Of a stretch of 39,249 nucleotides of DNA, positions 11,099-22,479 are shown in pieces; the first letter of the stretch is position 1, and every line of letters begins with the position of its first letter. Both the position numbers and the translations under genes were made by a program. The DNA lies in NCBI GenBank assembly GCA_001929475.1, contig LXFE01002348.1, positions 1 to 39,249 on the forward strand, read 5' to 3'. This DNA comes from Neolecta irregularis DAH-3 (Eukaryota). The notes under the pieces were generated by a model. That model did no database searches and was not told where the DNA came from. It was given only the letters and a program-made list of their open reading frames with translations.

Positions 11099-11899
11099 CT
11101 AAATCTTGCTTTCTCGATTTAAATCTAGGGCAGATTTGGGATTTGTGGACATCAGCTCCAGGGGATGGCCAGACCCCGTGGCTTTCGGACCCTCGACATC
11201 ACCTTGCAAATATATAGTATCTCGATACACAAAGTCGAACCGTTCATAGATGTTTCTATTTTGAGGGTGGGAGGATTCAAGATAACAAGGAACACCGGCA
11301 GCATCAGCCTGATCTATTAGATCTTGATAACATCAAGGAGACTACCTGGCGCGAAGCGCATTCGATGAGCTTTCTAGCGTAGCCTTTACCTCTTGCGGAA
11401 GGGAGAGTACCAAGATATACGAGATACCAGGAATTCTGATCGTAGTCTCCAAGGATGAGTTTCCTAAGGTTAATATCGCTGCTAGTCGGAGATATACTTT
11501 GTGGCAAAAAGCAGTGGGAAGAACTCGTCGAACAAGCGAATCCGGCCTTTGCGCGATAGTTTGTAGTATAGTCTCCAATAGCCGCTCATAAATAGGGTAG
11601 TCAGACTGTCTGTGCTCTTGCCGGGGGGCATCCTGCACTTGTAAGAAACGAGTCATGCTGGGATGGTACCATAGGGACACGCCGGCAAAGTCATCGATCT
11701 GCCAGACCTGGCCGTGGAGGAGATGTGCGTAGACGGTGTACTCCATGAAGTCGGCATGGAGTTTCCGGAAGGTTTCTTCGGAGGTGGAGATGTGTGGGTG
11801 GCCAAAGAGGTAGCGGGAGGCAGGATCATCGTTGAAGGCAGCGGCAAGAGTAGCAGCGGCTCTACTGCAGTCGCAAAAGGACACACGCTGGGGCTGCAT
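11099..11899 (-). CDS. GNAT-family N-acetyltransferase; 3 introns
   Basis: AAATLAAAFNDDP, GVSLW|MPPG, WYLVYLGTLPSARGKGYARKL (acetyl-CoA motif A), PCYLESS, NRNIYERFDF. Confidence 0.85.
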
Positions 11900-12140
11900 A
11901 AGAGAGAGTTTGGGATAAAGAGGGTTGAGATGAAGAGGCTAGGGATAAAGACTGGGTTAAAGATTCGGGATAAGATGTGGGATGCGGGGAAGGACCAGAT
12001 AAATAATATTCGAATACTCCGCTACGATTTTCATTATGAATTAATAAATAAAAAGATGCCACCTTCGTTGACTGACAAATTCCGGGACTGTAACCGTGTG
12101 GGGTTAAATCTTATCAATCATATTTGACACTTAGTCCAAG

Positions 12141-12903
12141 ATGACCTTTTCCCGCGCTTCAAGAAAAGTCATTGCAATTGGCCGCAGTATCTCTGTATTT
12201 ATATACATCAACTGAATATTAAGACTATGTTGAACACGTCAAAGAACTCCACAATGCCGTTCCTGCCACTCCTTTCTTTTTCCTGAAACCGCCAAGCTCC
12301 ATCATCCCCCCAAAATCCACTCTTCGCATCCCACAGGGCGTCCATGCACACCATGAAGTCGAATTGGCACTTATCATCGGCCACAGAGCAACAGATATCC
12401 CCAATGACATGGACGCCGCCATGAGCGTCATTGCGGGCTATGCGGTTGCAATCGACGTCACTGCTAGAAACGTCCAGGACGACGCTAAAAAGAAAGGATT
12501 GCCTTGGACCATCGCAAAGGGCTTTGATACATTTCTACCAATGAGGTTTACATAACTCTATACATGACACTCATAGTCATAAAGCTCCTTCATCCCGAAA
12601 AGTTCAATACCAGATCCACACAATGCAGTCTTGAAGTTGACTGTCAACCACGAGTCCCGGCAGAACGACTCTACCAACCTCATGATTTTTAAAATCCCTA
12701 AACTACTGAGCTATATTTCTGGGATCATGTCTCTTGAACCAGATGATGTTGTATTGACAGGAACACCAAAAGGTGTCGGGAGAATTGTCCATGGAGATGT
12801 AATGAGAGCCAGTATCCATGTGGATGGAGACAATATCAAACAAGGCAACATAGAAATAATGGTGCAGGATAGAGTTGGAGGATACCACTATGTTAGCAAA
12901 TGA
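12141..12903 (+). CDS. Fumarylacetoacetate hydrolase family protein (FAHD1/Fmp41-like acylpyruvase or oxaloacetate decarboxylase); 2 introns
   Basis: KVIAIGR|NYVEH, FFLKPPSS, HHEVELA, DVTAR, PWTIAKGFDTF, DVVLTGTPKGVG. Introns 12187-12223 and 12546-12584. Confidence 0.9.
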
Positions 12904-12972
12904 ATAAAAGCTTTTAAGTACAAAGCGAATGTATTTATCTATACGATCTTCTTTTTCCTATCTAACTTTGGG

Positions 12973-15085
12973 TTACTCATGAGTCGGCATATTCACAGTA
13001 GCTTTAGTACAACTAGCATCATCATGTCTCCAGAGCGCAGTAACGGTTTTCAACTGCGTGTAAAACTGCAACCCTCCCTTTCCGTAGAAATTCAAGTCGC
13101 CGAGAACACTCCCTTTATTGCCGGTGAACGAAAACATTGGCAAGGGAACGGGAATGGGGACATTGATTCCGATTTGACCTACCTCGACGTCTTTCTGGAA
13201 TCGACGTGCTGTTGCACCGTTGGTTGTAAATATGGCAGTCCCGTTGCCATCTTATTGTCAGTGTCTAGAGTTCATTGATGTTTTGTACATTTGTTTTCGT
13301 TGATAAGATCAATGGCGTCGTCGAGAGTCGGCGCATTGAGGCAAACAAGAACCGGTCCGAAAATTTCTTCTTCGTAGCATTTCATTCCCTTTTTGACATC
13401 GGTAAGAATCTGTTTCATCAATCAAGTTCTATAGACTTAAAAACCGTACCGTAGGTGCAACCCAGTTTCCAGCCGGGTATTTTTCAGGTACGTAGCCACG
13501 GCCGTCAAGTGATAGCGTTGCTCCTTCGTCAATCCCAGACTGGATCAAACTTTCAATTCGAGCCTTTGATTGTTTCGAAATAACTGGACCACTGCAATGT
13601 TATAAAGCAAGCCCTTTCCAGACATACAGATCGGCCCCCTCTTCAAATCCACCTGTAACTTTAAGCTCCTTTGCCCTTGCTACAATATCCTTAATCCACT
13701 CTTTAGTTTCACCAACGAATACAACTTGTTTTTTCAGCATCAAGAGTAATGAATAACTTACGAGTGGATAAAGCCATACATCGCTGCCCTGCAGCACCAA
13801 AAGCAGCCCCTATAATTGAGTTGATGGTATGCTGTTTATTCGCATCCGGCATAACGACGGCATGGTTCTTGGCTCCAAGATTCGCCTGTACTCGCTTTCC
13901 ATTAGCGGTACCGCGTTCATAAATATATTTTCCAGCACGATCACTCCCTACAAAGGATATGGCTTTGATATCAGGGCAATCAAGTATATAATCGACTGTT
14001 GGAGCCGTTCCATGGACAATGTTAAGAACGCCATTTGGGAGACCTGCCTCGCGAGCTAGTTCAGAAATTATCATTGCCGCCCCTGGGTCTCGTTCGGAGG
14101 GTTTCATAATCAAGCAGTTGCCGGTGACAGCTGCTACTGGAAGACACCACAGCGGAATCCTAACGATCAGCATGAATATACAACGGCGAGTGTACATGGC
14201 GGGAAAGTTGAAGGGACAGATGGCTGCTACGATACCCTATAGTATTAATACGATGGCGAGATTGAGTCGTTGTACAAGAGGCTCTCTTTGCAATCAGTAG
14301 AGGTGGGATAGCGGAAACTTACCGAATAGTGTAAGTGTCCATATCCTGGCTAACTTCGATCTGTTCGCCCATCATAGTCATAGGTATAGCACAAGCACTT
14401 TCAACAACCTGCAACCCTCTCAAGACATCTCCTCGGGCATCGGCCAAAGTCTTTCCCTGTTCAAGGGTAATGCAGGCAGCCAATCGGTCCCAGTTCTCTC
14501 GAATGAGCGAGACGAGCCGGAACATGATTTGTTGACGGTGCATGATTGAAGTTTTGCGCCATGCGGGGAAGGCTTTCTTTGCAGAGGCGACTGCCGCGTC
14601 GAGTTCCTCTGTGGTGGTCTCGGGGACCCGGGTGACGAGGGTTTGAGTTGCCTAGGCTTGTTAGCAAAGAGGAGCAGAACCGAGTAAGCAAGATGCAATG
14701 GAAGCTATGACAGAGGTACCCAGCCCGCAAGAGGCTAGGAATTATTATGATTGTCCTCAAGATAGAGGCTTTTCCTGACCGTCCTCAAGACCAAGGCCTA
14801 CTCGCCATCAAAGAAACCCAATTAAACACACCGGATCATGAAGATCAATCCACTTGTTTGTCCTGCTCTGACGGTCAAAAATACATCTGGGAGCAAACAC
14901 ACCTCGACCAAGGTGTTGTCTAGAAAGTTCATGGTTGTGCTAGGCTGCTTGACATCAAAGTGGGACTTTGGGTAGGGCGCATTTGCAGCGGCCATGGCGG
15001 AGCGGACGGGGCCGGAAGTAACAAGACCTCGCATGTAGATGAGCGGAGGTCGTGCAATGGAGCGGAGGAGAATACGCGAAGACAT
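12973..15085 (-). CDS. Mitochondrial methylmalonate-semialdehyde dehydrogenase (ALDH6A1/MmsA); 9 introns, including one of 180 nt, and a 10-nt micro-exon
   Basis: Arg-rich presequence [73 protein letters not shown]; ends NMPTHE*. Confidence 0.95.
14652..14831 (-). other. Atypically long (180 nt) structured intron in ALDH6; candidate cis-regulatory RNA or intronic ncRNA
   Basis: Junction HDP|ATQ; GTGTGT donor, GCTAAC branch, TAG acceptor. Closing stem CGAGUAGGC/GCUUACUCG (14796-14804 with 14681-14689), internal hairpin 14719-14739, 10-nt direct repeat TCTTGAGGAC twice. Confidence 0.6.
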
Positions 15086-15321
15086 GAGAAGAGAGGAGGC
15101 GGCAGCGGGAGCGGGGAAGTTAAGCGGGAATTGCCGCAGGCACAAGCGAGACGGCCCGCTCTTGCCGTCGACGCAATTTGCAGATCTCCGCCTGTGCTCG
15201 TTCTCTCTTGGCCCATAACAGCGATCCACGCCTGTTCGATGTATATTCTCCTCCGCAGTTGAGTACCGTAAAGGCGGCACAGCCCGACAACTCACGCAGA
15301 CACCGCACCTCTTTCGCAACC

Positions 15322-16478
<1,157 letters not shown>

Positions 16479-16807
16479 AATGATCAGGGCGTTAGAGGGT
16501 TGTAGAATTTGCTGTCACGCTTCTTTTTCTTTAAGGAATGCATTTGCGGGGTTAACAGAATATGATCTATACACATAGACCGCGCTCCCACAAACTTACA
16601 GAGGGAAATGAAATGAGGAACGTACTCCAAAAAAAAAGAAAATGACAAATCTGGCATATTTTCAACCCTCCTTCAAGGTAGATAAAATAGCCGAACCCTT
16701 CGGGATAGCAAAAGTAGAAAAGGACACTTGATTCCGGTTTTCGACGCCGTTGAATAGAGTTAGGATATGTGATAGAAAGGCGTGGAATGAACGTGAAAGA
16801 AAACCAT

Positions 16808-18598
16808 CTACTTCTCGATTCGAAGTCCATCACCAACAAGTTCGCTGAGAGTAGCTACAGCATCCGTACTAGGGATTTCAGCCTTGATTGTTCCCTGCTC
16901 AGGGGCAACATGGTTATTATACTCTCCGTCAAAATTGGACATTGCCCGAGGGAACGGTGGTGACATTGGTCCATTATACGACATTGGCATCGGTGAGCCG
17001 TAGCCTGGTTGAAATGATACCATTCCAGGACTGATCTCGTCAGCATTATTCCGTGGTTAGAAAAGTTGTTACCTTTGCATATACATTGGAATATTGGGAA
17101 GACTCATTGGGCTCCATGGTTGCTCATTGCTCCCTTCTGTGTCTCGAGGACTTCCAAAGTTGGCTGCCATCTCTGCGTACAATGGATCATCCATAGAGGC
17201 TCGACCAGTAAGAACATTGTATTCTCGAGCTCGCATGAAACGTCGTCGTGCAGTCGACCCCTTGAGTCCTAGACAGTTACAACATGACTTGACATGTCCA
17301 ATTACGCTTCTGTTGCGGAGAATCCGCGTATCGAACTTGAAGCGGTTGAGTACATCCAGGGATAAGCTTTCCGTTGAACTTTTCGATAATAGCATCAGCA
17401 GCTTCTCGGTCCATCATTCGAGCAAAACCAACACCTCGGCTCATGTTATTTGTCGCATCTCGAAGGATTCGGTTAGATACGACCTGGTATGGCTGAAACA
17501 ACTCTTCAAGATCCTGTATGGTTAAATACTATACCAAGGAAGGAAACATTACTCGTTCATGAGTATCCAAGGGCAAATTGCTAATGTACAAGTTGGTGCT
17601 CGCGTTGTCCTGCAAATTTCTCAATCGAGTACTGAAAGATTCCTGAGATGAGCGAATTGTAATGGGGGTTAAAAATACCTTTGCAAAAGAACATTGGTAA
17701 CCGCACTGCGAAAGGCCAATTATACATGCACAAGCTTCAGCCTCGTTTTCAAACATGGCAAATCCAAAGCCCTTGCAGGAGCCGGTTTGTTGATCAATGA
17801 TAGCCTTGCTCGATTTGATGGAGCCAAACCTTACACATTAGAAATAGCAGCCTTGCCTGGATTTGCATGCCTTTGGGCCATCCACAAAAGAGCTTCATCT
17901 GTCATGTCTGGTGCAAGACCCCGCACATAGACATTAGTCGTTTGGGTAGGATTGTACAATGCTGCTTCAAGCGAATTATAACCTCCAGGGCCACCATACA
18001 AGGTCGGGACTGGAGCAGGAACTTCTCTCAAGACTTGAGCGAGATTCGGGTATTGTGCATTAGGGTCGACTGGAGCATGGAACACAGGTTGCGCATTGAA
18101 TTGACCAGGAGACATCCCCATTTGTTGAAAGGGATAGATCGCAGAGAACGCAACGTTCGGACTCGGCATTGATGTTCCATTGTACATGTCGCGTTGAGCT
18201 TGCGGCGCAAACTGAGGAGCGAATGACGGACGCCTAGCTTGATTTGAGCCGAGCCAGGAGTTGCGTCGGGAATTGGGAAATCCATTTGGAGGATACCCTC
18301 CGGCAAACGACGGTCGGATAGCAGCTTGGGGAGGACGAGATGAAGCAGGGAAGAAATTCCCATACATTGGATACTGCTGCATCTGCGGAGGAGATGCTGG
18401 AACTTGCATAGCACAAACATTTCCTAGGCCTTGACGAACTTGAGATGGAGACGAAGTGGGCGGCGTAAGAACGTTTTCAGTTCCTTTCAATTCTTCTGGT
18501 TTGTCATCAGCAGTTGCTGCCTTGATGTTGTTTCCCAAATCCTTCATTTCAGATGTCTGCGGAGCGCTGATAATGGTAGAAGTCTTCTCTTCGGACAT
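16808..18598 (-). CDS. spo5: Two-RRM RNA-binding protein, fission-yeast Spo5-like (RBMS/MSSP family); 5 introns
   Basis: Low-complexity P/Q/S N-terminus; RRM1 TNVYVRGL..FGSIKSSKAIID..CKGFGFA..GYQCSFAK|ESFSTRL; RRM2 STNLYISNLP..SNRILRD..SRGVGFARM..PLQVRYADS. First intron 17830-17870 is GC-AG. Confidence 0.8.
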
Positions 18599-19541
18599 GA
18601 CGTAGACCTTTTCACCTCAATTTCTAATTCTTCCGGGTCAGAATTATTATTCACAGAAACGAGGAAGGAAAAAGCAAAGCCGAGAAATAGCAAGTCCTTG
18701 ACATACCTAACAAGTAGACAAATTCGAACCGAGTAGCAGATAGTCGATATATTCCGTACAAGGTCGACAAACAACGGGTACGTAAGGTATATTGCTAAGG
18801 TTGAAGAGACCGATAGAAATGACGTAGGGAAAGGGGGAGTAGGAGAAGGGTATGTGAGTATCTGAATAGACAAGCGTGAAGGTCGTAATTTTCGAGAGAC
18901 GAAGGAGGATGCGAATTGGACTGGCCAGCCCCGGCTTTTTATATCCTGTTATTGGAAGAACGCGGCGGTTTGTAAAAAGAAGAGCAGCCTAAAATGGCGC
19001 TAAAGATATACAAAGAGACCCTTGCGAGTTGATTAACCAATCATCTCCTTTGCGGTCTATGCCGTTCTCAGCATGGCGAAACGCTCTTCAAGAACGTCAA
19101 TTCTCAAAGGACTTGCAATTTCAAGCCGCGTCTTGTGCAAAAAAGCTCCGGGAGGCCTCACTAACGCTCCAATGCATTGGGGCCATATTAGTGCCCTGGC
19201 CGCAATGCAAAGCGCCGCCGTTTAAAATGCGCAAATTTTGATATCGATACAGAGCAGCAGTGACTGTCTATTTGGACGAAGCATCAGAGAGGGAGGATGT
19301 GTTTGTACAACAACAGCACTTGAACTGTATTTGCTGCTGATGGGTGTTGATTTGCCCAGGCACCTTGAAACTCTCCACAAAAAGAGAACTCACAAAAATT
19401 AAAATAGTTCCAGCTTTAAAAAGAGAGATATATATATATAAACCGATCCAACCCTCAAATGAATCATGAGTAACCACAAATAATAACAAACTCTGGTCGA
19501 CTCTGTGGAAACATCAATGCACCCAAAGGGACAAGAAACTT

Positions 19542-21810
19542 TTAACTCCAAACCTAACAAATTATGCCAAATAAAGGGAAGAAAATATACATCTTCTTGA
19601 TAGGTCCCGCGATTACGCATTTGTTTAACCAATTCTTCTCCTGCCTTGGCCGGCAAATTGCGTTGTTCTTCAAATATTGTCCCAAGTAGAGTATTGACTT
19701 CTCGAGCCATATGTGCAGCCTAAATGGTTATCAGGCAAACATTAACTAGTCATCAAAACAAACATCGCCACAAACATAAAAGTAACCCCCTTCTTGCAGC
19801 AAGTCGTTGACTTGTTTTGAATGTTCCTGTAAACGATGTTGAACGTAAATCTTTTGCTCAGTCTCACGTGAGAAGGCGGTTATAATTTTGAATTTTCCGT
19901 TTAGTTCTTGTTCCGCGACTTTCCATTCATCGCGGTAAAGGAAATCTTCATTTTCTCTTCTACACCCAAAGAATAAGATGATTTGACCGATTTCTGTGCC
20001 TTGTTTGACTTGTTCGATTTTTTCTTGGAGAAATCCACGAAAGGGAGCGACTCCGGTGCCAGGTCCAACCATGATGATAGGTTTCGCAGGATCATTGGGC
20101 AGCTTAAAGTTTGAATGTCGAGTGTGAACAAGAACGTGGATCCCATCGTACTTGTTTCGTGGACCATCTAGTTGATACGAAAGGCCATAGGGCCGAGGGT
20201 CTTCTGCTCCATGTTGTCTTAGTTTCAAAGCATAAAGATAATTTGTGGTCACGCCGTTCAATACGTTGTCGCTGCCATTGATGGTTCGCGAATCTACGGC
20301 AGCAGTGATATGAGCAACTTTTGGACTAGTGAGACTCGATGATGAGATAGAGTAATAGCGAGCCTGAAGATGGTTCAAAGATTCAACCATCAAACTGAAT
20401 GGGACTTGCCATTTTGGTGCGATTGATTCCATGACCTGACCGAGGGTCATCGACTTTTCTGAAACCTTTGATTTAAAGTATTCTTTGTCAGTAGCCAATT
20501 TGAATACTTCAGCCTTGGTCTCTGGGGATGGAGAAAATTGACAGAGGGAGGACATGAATTGTCGTGATACGGGAGCGCAAATTTCGAGATAGTAACGCAA
20601 TACTGATTCATATGTTGTTGGCTGAGGGATTGGGATTTTTGCTGTAGGATCGGCGGAGGTGACTCGAATCACTTTGTCGTGTTTTTCCGTCAGATCAAGA
20701 ACCCTGAGAAGGCGATCGACTTCTTTATCCGAATTTGTAGGCCACAAGGCGAGATGGTCTCCGGTTCTGTAGGCGAGACCAGACAAGCCGAGATTAATTT
20801 CCATATGCAGGCAGTTGCGGTTTTTGCTTTTAGATAGTTCGCGAGAGGAAAGGATGGGCGCGATGTATGGATTGTGTGCATTGTATGGCCCTGTTGACAT
20901 GGTTAGGTGTTGTTTGCTAGGTTCGCCAAGATAGACTTGATCGGAATCTGCAGACAAACTTTCGTCTTCTATGACGGTAAGGGTTGGTTCGTACCTAGGA
21001 TTAGTACGGAGGTGATGAAACTGACACACTCTGTTTCCTTTTCCTCTAGATTCATAGCTGCAGCAACGGCGTCCCACATGCCCTCCTTCCAGCTAAGGAA
21101 ATCCTCTTCCATGGTTCCATCGCCGTCATCGCCTTCACCAGCATCACCCAGCCTCTGAGCACCAAGTTGTGCCAAAGCACTGTCAACCTTTCTGACCATT
21201 GCGTTGTAGTGTTCATAGGTTTTGTTGCCAAGGCCAAAGGCGACATATTTAAGGTTTGAGAGGGGTTTTTCGTCTATACCGCCGCCATTAGAAAATGTTG
21301 TATCTTGACCGCAAATTAATTCTGTAAACCCTACTGCATTATCTGTGGGCTCGCCTTCGCCATATGTTGCGAGAATGAACATCGCGAGTTTGTTGTTTGG
21401 AAACGTGTCAAGGGTATCGAGGTCATAGTCCTCTGGATCGGCGGTCATACTTTTCAAACCGAATCTAGAGTGACCTTCCTTTGCGAGTCTCTGTGCGTAA
21501 TCTTCGGCAGTGCCAGTTTGGGATCCGTAAAATACGACGAGATCTTTGTTCTGGAAAGGGTTAGAAGGAGGACAAGGGACGGGTATGGAGATACGGTCTC
21601 TTGCATCTTTTCTATGATGTTTCTTGTCTTTTTTGGTTTATTGAGGGCGTCATTGACCAGCCTTGAGGAATACCCATAGCGTTGATCAGCCTGTTTCCCC
21701 CAGAGCCTTCCCTTTGTGAAGTAGGCAGCGGTAGCAATGCCCATGGAGGCGAGAATAGCAATGTCCAGGGGCTCTACCCAAGGTTTCTCAGGATTTGCAG
21801 TCGGAGACAT
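19542..21810 (-). CDS. NCP1: NADPH-cytochrome P450 reductase; 4 introns
   Basis: N-terminal membrane anchor, FYGSQTGTAE, ATYGEGEPTDNA, FGLGNKTYEHYN, ARYYSISSS, MVGPGTGVAPFRGF, FFGCR, YVCGD, terminal YQED|VWS*. Confidence 0.96.
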
Positions 21811-22281
21811 TTGGGGGGCAGAAAGGAAAAGCAAAGGGGGGACGAGCAAGAACTAAACGAGGTTTTTAGCTTTATAGGATTAGGGAGCGGTGTTGTCCGG
21901 TGGGCTTTCGATGGTAATAGTTTGGAATATATATGTGGGAGAGAAGAGTGGAGAGGGTACAACTATTTGCAGAGCGTCTATCTATTCATATACAGGAGAT
22001 CGGAGGTGCACCCTTGGGGATGGCGACTCAAGCCGGGGGACTCCGGGAGACATAGGATTTACGTGCGGTATCCAGGGAGGTGCTTCGCAAAGTGATCCGG
22101 TTTAACCCGGTACCGCTATCTGCTGTCAACTCTGTGTATTCTATTTTACTGCATTCCACTACACTACTACTATGGAGACTTCAGTCTGCTAGTCTGCAAG
22201 TCCGCTGCAATACTCTGCTCAGTGGTCCACTAGTCCACTCATTTGTCCACTATTAGCCAATTCCATTATTATTCACTCTAC

Positions 22282-22362
22282 TCCACCCACCACCACTAAC
22301 CACCAACCACCAACTGTCAACCACCAACCACCAGCTGTCAATCACCAACCACCCACACCTCC
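22282..22362. repeat. CCA-rich low-complexity repeat with a duplicated unit of about 21 nt (aaccaccaaccacca(a/g)ctgtc), upstream of mor2
   Basis: Read directly; followed by a short (GCT)n run near 22423-22436. Confidence 0.65.
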
Positions 22363-22479
22363 TCCTGCATCCGCTCTCCGCGATCGACCCGGCGTCCTTC
22401 GGGGCTTCGAACGGGTGTGTTGCTGCTGCTGCTGTTGTCAATTACTGCTTCCACCAAAGACCAAAGACCATACCCGCCC

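Noticed and set aside
14652-14831. TPP riboswitch or C/D-box snoRNA in the ALDH6 long intron
   Set aside because: No CUGAGA or other TPP aptamer core, and no RUGAUGA/CUGA pair. An H/ACA snoRNA is not excluded.
100-15085. Functional gene cluster (Dicer, MLH1 and methyltransferase as a genome-defence island; FAH and ALDH6 as a catabolic cluster)
   Set aside because: The neighbours are unrelated housekeeping genes in mixed orientation. There is no evidence of clustering without synteny data.
16500-18600. Mmi1 DSR (UUAAAC) cluster on the spo5 transcript
   Set aside because: No evident cluster was found by eye. A computed count would be needed.
18900-19500. Possible extra gene or ncRNA between spo5 and the P450 reductase
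   Set aside because: Only short ORFs without family features and a short (TA)n run. No tRNA or snRNA signature was recognised.
22415-22436. Poly-Cys or poly-Leu ORF starts upstream of mor2
   Set aside because: Artefact of a short (GCT)n microsatellite with non-ATG starts.
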